Assembly (NCBI GenBank): GCA_016186205.1
Contig: JACPMA010000016.1
Location: 30,978 to 94,977, forward strand
Length of the DNA: 64,000 nt
DNA from: Candidatus Peregrinibacteria bacterium
GTDB taxonomy: Bacteria > Patescibacteriota > Gracilibacteria > UBA1369 > UM-FILTER-53-11
Direction: 5' to 3'
Shown: positions 9,045-19,135 of the stretch, piece after piece
How positions within the stretch are numbered: position 1 is the stretch's first letter
Layout of the letters: each line of letters starts with the position of its first letter
Translations under genes and position numbers: made by a program
Notes under the pieces: generated by a model
What the model was told of the DNA's origin: nothing
Seen by the model: only the letters and a program-made list of their open reading frames with translations
The model's database searches: none

Positions 9045-10490
9045 ATGGCTATAACGCATTTACTTGATTTATCTTATCAGGAATTGGAGGAACGGAATTT
9101 GGCTATTAAACAAGAGCGCCAGAAAGGAGTAACAAGCAACGAGATGAAGAAAAAGTTTTTGTCGTATTTGAAAGAAGAAAAAGGGATCAAAGCAATTACG
9201 GTATTTTTTACCGATTTGGAAGGCCGGCTGCACGCGCTCGACTATGACAAAAATTTTCTTATTGAGGCCGAGGAAAATCTTACTTTTGACGGTTCTTCCA
9301 TCCGCGGTTTTACGGCGCAGAAAGAATCCGATCTGCGGCTCAAAATAGACTGGACCTCTTTCCGGTATGCGCCGGCCGATCTTTTCGGTTCCGGAAAAGT
9401 GCTTGTGTTTGCAAATGTATGCGATAAAGATGGCAGTCCTTATGAAGGCGATTTTCGTTCACGCCTTACTCGGCTGTGCGAAGAACTGCATGCATCAAAA
9501 GGCCTCACCGTGAATGTTGCGCCGGAAATCGAAGGATTTTTATTTAAAGGCCAAAAGGCCGAACAGTCATTTGATGAGAAAGTTGGATTTGAACTCGCCA
9601 CAATGAGCGGTTATTTCAGTTCGCTTCCGCAAGATATTCTAAGATTGTTTATCGATAAATTCGCCGAAGTGCAGCGCTGCCTCGGTTTTCAGAACGAGAA
9701 GGATCATCCGGAAGTGGCTCCGGCGCAGTTTGAATTGAATTTTAGATATTCCGGCGCACTTGATACAGCCGATCAAATCCAGCTTTATAAACTCCTCGCT
9801 CGGCAGGTGGCGGGTTCCATGGGGCTCACAGCTTGTTTTTTGCCGAAGCCGGTGCAAGGTTTAAACGGCAGCGGAATGCATACGAACATTTCTCTTTCAA
9901 AAAACGGCAAGAATATTTTTTATGATGCGCAAGGAAAGTATAATATGTCGGGAGCTGCGTATCAATTTGCAACCGGCGTTCTTTTTTATGCTAACGATAT
10001 TTGTCTTGTCATGAATTCAAGCGTAAATGCCTATCGAAGACTTGATCCGGCTTTCGAAGCGCCGAATGAAATTAAAATGTCTGCCACAGACAGGGGATCC
10101 ATGGTGAGAATTCCGATCGGCAATGAAAGGAGCGCTCGTCTTGAGGTGCGCACCGTTGCTCCGGACGCCAATCCATATCTTTGCATTTATGCTTTGATTT
10201 TAGCCGGCTTGAAAGGAGTCGAGGGCGAGGAGAGCGAGCTAAAGAAAATGGAAGCTGCGTTCAGCGGTAATGTGAAAAAATTGTCTGGAGATGTCTATAC
10301 AGCCATCGAACGTTTTGAAAACAGCGGTTTTATGAAAGAAATAATGGGATCGGAAAATCATCTGAAATACGCTGAACTCAAACAGGCCGCTGCGGACCGC
10401 AGTCCGAGGAATCTTGGTAAACGCCTCAAGTCCGGCGAAATTTTGTATCACCACGAAATCACCAATCAGCTGTTGTGGTCGGATTTTTAA
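9045..10490 (+). CDS. glnA: Glutamine synthetase family protein
   Basis: 481 aa. Beta-grasp N-domain (FTDLEGRLH, FDGSSIRGF) and catalytic domain motifs (NGSGMHTNISL, RIPIGNERSARLEVR). Confidence 0.8.
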   Translation: MAITHLLDLSYQELEERNLAIKQERQKGVTSNEMKKKFLSYLKEEKGIKAITVFFTDLEGRLHALDYDKNFLIEAEENLTFDGSSIRGFTAQKESDLRLKIDWTSFRYAPADLFGSGKVLVFANVCDKDGSPYEGDFRSRLTRLCEELHASKGLTVNVAPEIEGFLFKGQKAEQSFDEKVGFELATMSGYFSSLPQDILRLFIDKFAEVQRCLGFQNEKDHPEVAPAQFELNFRYSGALDTADQIQLYKLLARQVAGSMGLTACFLPKPVQGLNGSGMHTNISLSKNGKNIFYDAQGKYNMSGAAYQFATGVLFYANDICLVMNSSVNAYRRLDPAFEAPNEIKMSATDRGSMVRIPIGNERSARLEVRTVAPDANPYLCIYALILAGLKGVEGEESELKKMEAAFSGNVKKLSGDVYTAIERFENSGFMKEIMGSENHLKYAELKQAAADRSPRNLGKRLKSGEILYHHEITNQLLWSDF

Positions 10491-12426
10491 TAAGTTCTTT
10501 TAGCGCATTTTCGATTTCTTCATCGATTTTAGTGTCTTCTTCAAAAGACAGCGCTGATGCCTGTTTTACATCTGCAGGCTGAACGTACTTCCAAGTAAAT
10601 AGCGGTCGAATCGTAATATATCCATCCGCTGCAAAAATGCCGTTCGGAATATGGTATAGGTCAGGAGCGTATTTTTTGTATTCGCGATCGCCAGTATAAA
10701 ATTCCTTGCCGTCAAAAACATTCTTTTTGAGCCAGTTGTATTTTTTCTTGAGTGGCGGTTTGTCTTTCATATAATCGCGAAACACTTCTCCATGGAGAAC
10801 ATACATCGTGACGCTCACGGCAAAATCTTCTCCTCCAGTGGCGTAGCCGGGATTAGCGAGGGATTCCCATCCTTGGGCGTAGCTGAAAAAATTTTGTTTC
10901 ATTTCATCCCATGCCGGATCTTGGGTGTGGTCTTGGCCATCTTCAGGAAAAGTCGGTTTATGAGGTCTCCAACGGTAGACATCATTTATTCTGTCAGAAA
11001 CATCGTAGCTGATGTTATAGAATCCCGTTGTATCTACCATATATGTGTCTATAAAATGGCTGTATTCATGCATGATAGTTCTTATTTCATCATAGTCGCT
11101 CCGCCCGATCATATTGTTGGTTTTGAATTTTAAAAGTTTGCATTGTGATGCATATTGAGGAAAGTAGCCGCTTGAGCAAATAAGTTTCTTTTTTTCTGAA
11201 ATGCTGCTGAACGTTTGTTTATTGATACAGTCTTTTTTTTGTATGCGAAGGCGCTGCGGAAAGACATCAATAGCGGTTTTTTCAAGATAGGCGAGGTGCT
11301 CTTTAGAAACATCTTCATATGGCGTCGGCGCCATAAATTCATAACACGTAAATTTTTTCGCCGCTTCACGATCGCGTTGTTCCATAGCTTTTAATTCATC
11401 AGCAAGTACTTTCAGCATTTTTGCATCGACAATATTGGAATATGGGAGGCCGTGTTCTTTTTGGAACCGCAATACTCCTTTCATAAATCGGGTCGGTCCG
11501 CAAATATGGTCCATGTTGTATCCAAGCTGCCGCAAACCGTTTAAAATTTTTGCGACATACGGGTCTGCAACCGGCTGCGCGACCGGAAGGATGCGAAGAT
11601 CGATATTTCCAACGCCGTGGCCGTAACATCCATTCGGATCATAATCGAAGAGATCAATGGTTTCTTCGCCTCTCAATACTGCTTCCGCTATAGGATCGTT
11701 TTCAAAATAACTCTTAAAATTCTTTGACATTTTTGAGTAAGGATATTTGCCAGCAAGAATTGTTGGCGGAGTAAATGGCGTGGTTCCTGCAGGAAATGGC
11801 GGCGACGGAGGTGGAATTTCTGTTGTCGGTGGTGCAACTTCTGTTTGCGGCGCTTCCCACTTCTGAACTTCATCATATGTGCGGCTTTCAAATATCAGTC
11901 CTGCGCTGATATTCGAAAATCGATAAAGCATTTGAGCGGATTCGCCGCGAGTAAGTTTTTGTTCAAAGCCCGTAATGCTTATTGGGATTGCTTTTTTGCC
12001 AATAAGGATTGAAGCATATTGTTGCGGTCCATTAGTAGAAAACCCGATGGCTTTCACCATAATCTGCGCTGCTTCAAGAAAAGTAATTGGTTGGTTTGGC
12101 TGAAAAGTGCCGTCCGGACGAGCATTGATAATTTCCATATTTTTCGCTTCGCAGACGAATTTCGCAAACCATTGGTTTTTCACATCCGGAAAGCAGTTTG
12201 CTCCAGCAGGTTTTTCATAGTAAAAAACCGGAAAGAGCATGGCGAGGAATTCAGCGCGGCTGATTATTTTATCCGGCTGGAATTTTTTACCCGGTAATTT
12301 TACGCCATTTTTTTGCACGAATTTTATGGCTTCATCGTTTCCGCGTTCCGCAAATTGAGCGCCGGCAAAATGCGCTGCAGCCCCGATGACTAAAAATACC
12401 GCTGCAAATATAAAAAATCTTTTCAT
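10459..12426 (-). CDS. Secreted protein with an SLH-like module, a peptidoglycan-binding-like module and an HExxH motif (putative zinc metallopeptidase)
   Basis: Signal peptide MKRFFIFAAVFLVIGAAAHFAGA. SLH-like ISRAEFLAMLF...DGTFQPNQPITFLEAAQIMVKA. PG_binding-like VLRFQKEHGLPYSNIVDAKMLKVL. HExxH in IMHEYSHFID. Confidence 0.55.
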   Translation of the reverse strand: MKRFFIFAAVFLVIGAAAHFAGAQFAERGNDEAIKFVQKNGVKLPGKKFQPDKIISRAEFLAMLFPVFYYEKPAGANCFPDVKNQWFAKFVCEAKNMEIINARPDGTFQPNQPITFLEAAQIMVKAIGFSTNGPQQYASILIGKKAIPISITGFEQKLTRGESAQMLYRFSNISAGLIFESRTYDEVQKWEAPQTEVAPPTTEIPPPSPPFPAGTTPFTPPTILAGKYPYSKMSKNFKSYFENDPIAEAVLRGEETIDLFDYDPNGCYGHGVGNIDLRILPVAQPVADPYVAKILNGLRQLGYNMDHICGPTRFMKGVLRFQKEHGLPYSNIVDAKMLKVLADELKAMEQRDREAAKKFTCYEFMAPTPYEDVSKEHLAYLEKTAIDVFPQRLRIQKKDCINKQTFSSISEKKKLICSSGYFPQYASQCKLLKFKTNNMIGRSDYDEIRTIMHEYSHFIDTYMVDTTGFYNISYDVSDRINDVYRWRPHKPTFPEDGQDHTQDPAWDEMKQNFFSYAQGWESLANPGYATGGEDFAVSVTMYVLHGEVFRDYMKDKPPLKKKYNWLKKNVFDGKEFYTGDREYKKYAPDLYHIPNGIFAADGYITIRPLFTWKYVQPADVKQASALSFEEDTKIDEEIENALKELIKNPTTTADW

Positions 12427-12435
12427 AAAATACGT

Positions 12436-13305
12436 TTAGTCGCAGTAGGCAACGGCCATCACTCCATTTCCGATTTCAGAATTAAAGAGAGCGCGGTATG
12501 CGCCGCGCTTTGTCGGAATATAGTAGTCGTACGGGCAGTTTGCGCGTTTGTCTTTGTCGGTCGCTCCGCTATACGCCGCCGCATCCGGATCGGGTTTTGT
12601 GCTGTTATAAACGCCAAAATCCCAATTATGCGCTGACGGTGTTCCAGGCGTATATCCGAGCAGCTCCCCGGCTTTGAAAGAAATCGGAGCTATGAAATCC
12701 GTGCGCGTATCTTCTATTTTCGGCGTTGTCGGAAACGCGGTACGGATTTTTTCAATCGGTTCAAGAAAATGATCCAAGCTGAATTCCACTTCGCAACTAA
12801 TTTGAAAAAGCAGCGTATATTGATTGATGCCTTGTTCGTTGTAGTGAGCGCCTCCAATAAGTTTTGCGTCAGCCGGAGCGTAGATCGGAACTTTTCCGTT
12901 GTCTGCAATCCAAAGATACGAATGGGATTTAAACATATTGCCATTTATGAGAACGCCGGGCGGAGTGATTTTTGATATGCGGGAAATATCCGTAACATCC
13001 GCAATAAAAGACGGATTTGGATCGTTAATGCAGCTTTTTTGTTGGTTCTGTGCCGCAGGCGCATTCCGGTCCTTTTGAATTTCGAAAGTCGCTTTTGGTT
13101 TTGAAAATTTTGCTTTCGGTATGGATCGTAAATTCTTACCGATTTTCTTAAAGTTTTTTTTCTTTGTGAATTTTTCTACACTTCTGGCAATACTCTCTTT
13201 ATTTGTATGGGTTTTACCTTTTATTTTGGAGGTTGCTAATACCGAAAATGGTATCACAAAAAGAATAATGAACGCTCCTGCCAAAAGATTTTTGTTTATT
13301 TTCAT
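12436..13305 (-). CDS. Secreted or membrane-anchored hypothetical protein
   Basis: 289-aa ORF with an N-terminal hydrophobic anchor (LLAGAFIILFVIPFSVLA). Sits 9 nt downstream of the preceding gene on the same strand. No family recognised. Confidence 0.55.
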   Translation of the reverse strand: MKINKNLLAGAFIILFVIPFSVLATSKIKGKTHTNKESIARSVEKFTKKKNFKKIGKNLRSIPKAKFSKPKATFEIQKDRNAPAAQNQQKSCINDPNPSFIADVTDISRISKITPPGVLINGNMFKSHSYLWIADNGKVPIYAPADAKLIGGAHYNEQGINQYTLLFQISCEVEFSLDHFLEPIEKIRTAFPTTPKIEDTRTDFIAPISFKAGELLGYTPGTPSAHNWDFGVYNSTKPDPDAAAYSGATDKDKRANCPYDYYIPTKRGAYRALFNSEIGNGVMAVAYCD

Positions 13306-13347
13306 ATATTATTACATTTTAACCCATTTCCTAAAAATCGTCAAATC

Positions 13348-14568
13348 ATGTATAGTAAAGTGGTGATCAATCCTCAATCTGATTTTTCGAGCCTCGGTGT
13401 AGATCAAAAAATTCTTGATCAACTTAAGCGATTAAATATACATACGCCAACGCCGATTCAACATAAGGCGATTCCCGTAGGGCTTGAGGGAAAAGATATT
13501 ATCGGTATAGCACAGACCGGAACAGGCAAAACTCTCGCTTTCGCCATTCCGATTCTTCAGCGCCTTCCGTCACTAAAAGGCAGAGCGCTTATCATACTTC
13601 CAACGCGCGAACTTGCGCTACAGGTCGAGGAAACATTTAGAAAGTTTACAGCGATGTTTGGTCTGCGAATTGCCGTGCTTATCGGCGGGGCATCCATCGG
13701 ACGGCAAATAAGCGATCTTCGCACAAAGCCGCAGATTATTATTGGCACGCCGGGCCGCATCATTGATCATCTTAAACAAAAAATACTGCATTTGAACGAC
13801 GTAAAAATGCTTGTGCTTGATGAAGCGGACCGCATGCTCGATATGGGTTTTGCTCCGCAAATAAGGCAGATTCTCATATCGGTTCCGAAAGACCGCCACA
13901 CCATGCTTTTTTCCGCCACCATGCCGGACAACATCGTAAAAATCGCAACTATGCATATGAAATTGCCGGTTCGCGTGGAAATTGCGCGGTCCGGAACGAC
14001 TCCGGAGCGCGTGGAGCAAGAAGTTTTTATTATAAGAGCGAATGAAAAAAACCGCTTGCTCGAGGCTCTCCTAACGCAATATAAAGGAAGCGTTTTGGTT
14101 TTTTCGCGGACGAAATTCGGCGCGAAAAGAATTTGCGCCGTGCTCAAGCACATGGGATTTACAGCCGCCGAAATTCATTCCAATCGGTCTCTTTCACAGC
14201 GGCGGGAAGCGCTTCAAGGCTTCCAAACGGGGAGGTACCGCGTGCTTGTCGCCACCGATATTGCGGCCCGCGGCATCGACGTGAAAGGAATTGAATTGGT
14301 CATTAATTATGATGTTCCCGAATTTGCCGAAGATTACGTACACAGAATCGGACGTACTGCTCGGGCAGGACATGCGGGCCGCGCCATCACATTCGCAACA
14401 CCGGATCAAAGTCATAAAATAAGACACATCGAACGGCTTATCCGCGGAGTGCTCAAAGTTTCAAAGCTCCCGCTGCTTCCTCCGGATCGGCCTTTTTTGA
14501 AAATGCCGCACGACTTTTCGCATAATCGCGGGCAGCGCCATAATTCTTATCGAAAGCGGAAATTTTAG
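13348..14568 (+). CDS. DEAD-box ATP-dependent RNA helicase
   Basis: Q-motif region, AQTGTGKT, PTRELA, DEAD, SAT and HRIGRTARAG motifs in canonical order. Confidence 0.9.
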   Translation: MYSKVVINPQSDFSSLGVDQKILDQLKRLNIHTPTPIQHKAIPVGLEGKDIIGIAQTGTGKTLAFAIPILQRLPSLKGRALIILPTRELALQVEETFRKFTAMFGLRIAVLIGGASIGRQISDLRTKPQIIIGTPGRIIDHLKQKILHLNDVKMLVLDEADRMLDMGFAPQIRQILISVPKDRHTMLFSATMPDNIVKIATMHMKLPVRVEIARSGTTPERVEQEVFIIRANEKNRLLEALLTQYKGSVLVFSRTKFGAKRICAVLKHMGFTAAEIHSNRSLSQRREALQGFQTGRYRVLVATDIAARGIDVKGIELVINYDVPEFAEDYVHRIGRTARAGHAGRAITFATPDQSHKIRHIERLIRGVLKVSKLPLLPPDRPFLKMPHDFSHNRGQRHNSYRKRKF

Positions 14569-14733
14569 GGACATGCTGAAAAACAAATTTTTGTAGCGAA
14601 ATTTTGCCATTTTGCGCGAAAACTTTGAAATGCGACGAAGGCGTATCAGGTTTGATACGTCGAGGAGCAGTGAAAAGTTTGCAGCCAAAATGGCAAAATT
14701 GCAGCAGAAAAGAGGTTTTTCAGCATGTCCCTA
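14566..14733. repeat. 168-bp imperfect palindrome spanning the gap between two convergent stop codons
   Basis: Terminal arms TAGGGACATGCTGAAAAAC (14566-14584) and GTTTTTCAGCATGTCCCTA (14715-14733) are perfect reverse complements and include both stop codons. Internal complementary blocks ATTTTGCCATTTTG/CAAAATGGCAAAAT and CGTATCA/TGATACG. Confidence 0.85.
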
Positions 14734-15625
14734 GAGAAATTCAGATAACGCTACGATTTCGTTCATTGCAGTTTCATAATCTACCGGCGTTGCTTTTGCA
14801 GGAACTTTTACTTTTGCTTTTCCTAAATTCATTGTGCATGTTTCTTTTACGGTAAACGACAGCACGCCCACGGTTACTTTAGATTTTACCTCGTATTTTT
14901 TGAAATGTCCGGCGCCGGCGATAAAAAGTTTCGTTGAAGGTGGTGTTTGCGTTTTAGCCAATTCCTCGCCAATAAACGGAGTAAGAAGTTTTGTCGTCGC
15001 ATCCGCAGTCAAAGCGCCAAGATATACCGCATTTTTTGATGAATCCGACTCCCATCCGTTTTTGTAGACAAAGGAAGATTTTTCGAGAGGTGTGCTTACA
15101 GGCTCTTTACTAATAGCCGTGAATATTTGTCCGGTAAATTCCGAGTTTTCAAAAGTTTTCCATTTTGCATCACCTCCCTTGTAATAAGTTTGACTGCCTA
15201 TGATGACGATTTGAAGCGTTCTTTTAGAGGCTTCTTTTACAGCTTTAACGGTTTGATCCAGCGTAAGCTGTCCAGCGGCCATAAGATCGAGTATGCCGAG
15301 CGTATTTATTAGTAGCAAGAGAGCGTCCTTCGCTTAAGAGCGTGCCTTTTTCTACATTTTTGTATCGTTTTAATGCTTGTAAGGCAACATTGACAGATGT
15401 TTTTTGTTCAGCTGTGTGCGACGGATCAGCTTGCGCTTTTGCCCCGCTTGCACTGACAGTGCAAGAAAAACTATAGTTGGTTGAATTTGTTGCTTCTTGC
15501 CACGCATTTTCGAAAAAATCCTGCGGCGGTTCAGCTGCCGCAAATGCCGCCGAAGCTTGAAATAAAATAGCCAATGCCGTAATGATACTTGCGAGTGATC
15601 GTGTATTCATGGTCACATCATACAT
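14731..15625 (-). pseudogene. Secreted hypothetical protein split into two overlapping frames (possible frameshift or sequencing indel)
   Basis: ORF 15245..15625 has the signal peptide (MNTRSLASIITALAILFQASAAFAAA). ORF 14731..15318 has none, has no ATG near its start (the track start is TTG), and its frame is open back to a stop at 15334-15336, overlapping the first ORF. Confidence 0.4.
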
Positions 15626-15693
15626 TCAATTGTATGCATTGCAATCTCTTGCGTTTTGGTGGCTTGGACCGTGGGCCCCTACTTATAAATATC

Positions 15694-16218
15694 TTAATTG
15701 GTGATCCAAAACCGTAACTTTTTTGGTTTACCTTTACCTTGTGATCTTGCGTCCTCAAAAACCCCGCCGCAATATTCAATAATTTTCCGCGAAGCAGTAT
15801 TCGTTTCATCGCAGGTAACTAATACCTTTTTAATGCCAAGTTTTCTTGCTTTTGGCAAAGCTAACTCCAAAATCTTTTTTCCATACCCCTTTTTTCTTTC
15901 GGTAGGACGAACTTCATATCCAATGTGCCCGCCAATAAGTCTCAAGTGTTTAGTAAGCCGGTGTCTGATAGAAGCTCTGCCAATGAATTTTTTCCCATCA
16001 GTAAGCCAATATACCGTCTCCGGTACATATCCTTTAACAAGGCCGATGCCCTTTGAAAGGTTTCGTACGCGCCTTACATATGCAAGAAAATTCTTCGCGA
16101 CTTCATCGATTGGCATATTCACTGAAAGCACATACCAATTATTTTCTTTTTTGAATTCTTTCACAGCTTCCAGAAAACTTTTTCTATATTTTGTAGATGG
16201 CAAAACAAGGCGAACCAT
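15694..16218 (-). CDS. GNAT-family N-acetyltransferase
   Basis: Start moved to ATG 16218 (MVRLVLPS...) to avoid overlap with the upstream gene. Acetyl-CoA binding region RKKGYGKKILELALPKARKLGIKKVLVTCDETNTASRKIIEYCGG. Confidence 0.7.
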   Translation of the reverse strand: MVRLVLPSTKYRKSFLEAVKEFKKENNWYVLSVNMPIDEVAKNFLAYVRRVRNLSKGIGLVKGYVPETVYWLTDGKKFIGRASIRHRLTKHLRLIGGHIGYEVRPTERKKGYGKKILELALPKARKLGIKKVLVTCDETNTASRKIIEYCGGVFEDARSQGKGKPKKLRFWITN

Positions 16219-16264
16219 AAGAAAATTATAGCATCGTTCTGCTAGGCTGCTGCTAGAATGCAAT

Positions 16265-17365
16265 TCATTGGTTCGGGCAAATGACTGCTTTAACAATCTC
16301 TCCTCTTGTAATTGCAGCGAGAGCATCGGGCGTTTGAGCAAGTGGAAATTTTTTCTCCGCCATTTCTCTCCATGGCAACCTACCGTGATGCCCCGCCATC
16401 ACACCAATCGCGCGATGAAAATGAGAAAAATCACTTCCCCAGCATCCACGCACTTGAAGATGCTTACGATTGATTTGCTCATGAGGATTAATTATAACAT
16501 CGCCGTTATCCGTGTACTGGCCGGATATTACCACGCGTCCATTGTCACGTGCCATGTCCAGTGCTTGAGATACAGCTCTCGGGTCACCGGCTGCTTCAAT
16601 GACAACATCTGCGCCGCGTCCGCCGGTTCTTTCCCGTACCCAAGCAGCACGATCTTCAGGGGGTATTTCAAGTCCGCACGTCTCAGAAGCGCCCATGCGC
16701 TTGGCAAAATCTCGTCGATTCTCCGGATCTCCGACAGCAAGTACTTGGCCTGCTCCCGAAAGACCGGCAAAAGCAATGATGCTTTGTCCAACAGGACCAA
16801 CGCCGAGCACAACTACTGAATCACCAAGCCGGATTTCTGCGCGGTCGACTGCATGCAGCGCGGTATTTAAACCGCATCCGCCCGCAATGTATGTTTCTGG
16901 ATCAAGACCATCGGGCAAACGAAGCAACTTTGTACCTGCCTTTAAATGAATAGCTTCCGACCATCCCCCCAAAGGAGCATCTGGATCTTGGGCTGAAAAA
17001 GTAATTCCGTACACTCTGCGCTCCGGGCATCGCGTAGTCGCTTTATCTACCAAACAAGTACGACAACTGCCACATGTTCCATGAACATCGAGAAACGCCG
17101 CTTGGTCGCCTTCTTGAAATATATTTCCATCTACATCTTTAATTCGTCCGCGTATTTTTTCAAGGATACCTACTGAAACATGCCCTGGAATAATGGGATA
17201 AGGTACGCCCGCAAGTTTGCCGCGATGAAGATGAACATCGGTTCCGCATACTTCAGAAAATGTAGTATGTAGGAGTGCCGCTCCTTCCCTAAGATTAGGC
17301 TCATCAAATTCTCTCATCTCGAGAGGTTCATTTGGCGCGGGCATTACTACGGCTTGATACTTCAA
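16265..17365 (-). CDS. Zinc-binding medium-chain dehydrogenase/reductase (alcohol/polyol dehydrogenase family)
   Basis: CGTDVH, GHVSVG, structural-zinc Cys cluster CGSCRTCLVDKATTC, and Rossmann motif VLGVGPVG. Visibly more GC-rich than its neighbours. Confidence 0.75.
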   Translation of the reverse strand: MKYQAVVMPAPNEPLEMREFDEPNLREGAALLHTTFSEVCGTDVHLHRGKLAGVPYPIIPGHVSVGILEKIRGRIKDVDGNIFQEGDQAAFLDVHGTCGSCRTCLVDKATTRCPERRVYGITFSAQDPDAPLGGWSEAIHLKAGTKLLRLPDGLDPETYIAGGCGLNTALHAVDRAEIRLGDSVVVLGVGPVGQSIIAFAGLSGAGQVLAVGDPENRRDFAKRMGASETCGLEIPPEDRAAWVRERTGGRGADVVIEAAGDPRAVSQALDMARDNGRVVISGQYTDNGDVIINPHEQINRKHLQVRGCWGSDFSHFHRAIGVMAGHHGRLPWREMAEKKFPLAQTPDALAAITRGEIVKAVICPNQ

Positions 17366-17400
17366 TGGGTTGATTATATCAATGTTTCATGAGAAATCAA

Positions 17401-18564
17401 CTAGCTGTTAAACCGGAATGTTTTTATGAGCATTTTGAATTCTTTTGGAAATTTGTCGGTCAGCAATGTATCGGTCAATTGAATATGAACGAATTCCTGT
17501 CCATCAGATTTGTTGTTGATGAGAAATGCGCCATAATGAAGAGGCGCTGACGGATCGGCATCGCGGAGCGTATAAGTAAATCCAGAAATATTGTATTTAT
17601 TTTTCACTTTTTTCTTTTTCACGCGATACCAGTTTTTCATCACATCATCGACTGTGCCTGAATTTTTGTAGTACGTTATATTGAGTACGTTTACTGGACC
17701 GTCCGGAGATGTCACTTTGAGATCGGCAGTCCATGGCATTATGCCAACGAGGATCGCATCCGAACGGTAACAGAAATAATATGGCTGCTCTTCATTGAAT
17801 TGAAGAGCAGTTTTTTTTGAACAGTTTTTTATTTCAATATTCACATACCCAGTTGTCTCTGTAAAAACTTTTCCGAAAGTGGACTCCGTATCTTTATAAT
17901 AAATTTTGCGCGCAGCTACATCATATCTGGCATCCGGAATAAGCTCGTTGGTTTTTTCGTTATATACTTTGCCTGTCTCCGGATCGAGTCTCGCAGCGGT
18001 TCTATTAGAAGGTACAACATTGTCAGGAATCGACGCGCTCTGAGTTGGTTTCGGGGCTGGCGCATCATCCTGAATATATCCGTACTTTGGATAACATTTA
18101 TTATCCACCTCTATGAGACCGATTTCAGTTTCATCTTTTTGCATCCCTGAATCATCATAGATTATTTTAAATATTTTCTGCGAAGTTTCCGGATAGGCTC
18201 GTATCCCAATAACTTCTTCTTTTGGCGGGCTTAGATAAAAAACTTTTCCATCCTTATCGCGAATCTCCACGCTTCGAGTATTCGTTGGATTTGGTTTCGG
18301 TTTATTGGTACACGGTACGCTCACAGGTGCACTTATTGGAGTTTTTTCCGGAGTTGATTTTGGAGTCGAAACCGTGCCTCCTGTATTACGATTCGTTCGG
18401 CTCGGACTCGTATTGATGGGATTTGTAGGAAAGTAGTCAATATTGCTATTGCTGTACGGATCGTAATAGTCGAACTGTCCAAACGCAAAATTCATCGCAA
18501 CCAACACTCCTATTGCAACCAAAGCTAAAAACAACCCCCATAATTTTATATTTTTGTATTTCAT
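17401..18564 (-). CDS. Membrane-anchored or secreted hypothetical protein
   Basis: 387-aa ORF. N-terminal anchor LWGLFLALVAIGVLVAMNFAF followed by a Pro/Thr/Ser-rich linker. No family recognised. Confidence 0.55.
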   Translation of the reverse strand: MKYKNIKLWGLFLALVAIGVLVAMNFAFGQFDYYDPYSNSNIDYFPTNPINTSPSRTNRNTGGTVSTPKSTPEKTPISAPVSVPCTNKPKPNPTNTRSVEIRDKDGKVFYLSPPKEEVIGIRAYPETSQKIFKIIYDDSGMQKDETEIGLIEVDNKCYPKYGYIQDDAPAPKPTQSASIPDNVVPSNRTAARLDPETGKVYNEKTNELIPDARYDVAARKIYYKDTESTFGKVFTETTGYVNIEIKNCSKKTALQFNEEQPYYFCYRSDAILVGIMPWTADLKVTSPDGPVNVLNITYYKNSGTVDDVMKNWYRVKKKKVKNKYNISGFTYTLRDADPSAPLHYGAFLINNKSDGQEFVHIQLTDTLLTDKFPKEFKMLIKTFRFNS

Positions 18565-18646
18565 CGATGTTTATTATACCATAATTTGAACAACTTTTCA
18601 ATCTGGCCATGCGCGTGCGAAAAATCAGTATTGGTATACTAAAACT

Positions 18647-19135
18647 ATGAATCCATATAAAAAGGTTTTTTCCGAATTGCAAAAATCAGGAGTCAAATAT
18701 TTAGTGGTCGGCGGTGTTGCGGTGAATCTCTATGGTTATAGTCGTTTTACTGGAGATATTGATATTTTGCTCACACTTGATTCTTCGAATTTATCAAAAA
18801 TGGAAAAGGTAATGAAAAAATTGGGATATGTAGAACGTTTGCCGGTTCAACTGCATGAATTGAAAGATAAAAAAAAGGTAAAAAAATGGCTTAAGGAGAA
18901 GGGGATGACCGCATATACTTTTATTTCATCAAAAAAACCGCAGCTTGATATCGATATTTTGGTTGGATATTCGCTGGATTTTAAAAAGTTTTACAAAAAC
19001 AGAACTGTTATAAAAGTGTGGGGAATGAATCTGTCCGTAATTTCTTTTGATGATTTGATTTTGATGAAAAAGAAGGCTGGAAGAGAGAAGGATTTGCTCG
19101 ATCTTCAAGCTTTGCTAGAATTAAAGTCGCTATGA
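18647..19135 (+). CDS. Minimal nucleotidyltransferase-fold protein (MNT-like)
   Basis: 162 aa. N-terminal LVVGGVAVNLYGYSRFTGDIDILL matches the G[GS]-x(9-13)-DxD pattern of the nucleotidyltransferase fold. A TGGTATACT extended -10 lies 6 nt upstream of the ATG. Confidence 0.55.
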   Translation: MNPYKKVFSELQKSGVKYLVVGGVAVNLYGYSRFTGDIDILLTLDSSNLSKMEKVMKKLGYVERLPVQLHELKDKKKVKKWLKEKGMTAYTFISSKKPQLDIDILVGYSLDFKKFYKNRTVIKVWGMNLSVISFDDLILMKKKAGREKDLLDLQALLELKSL

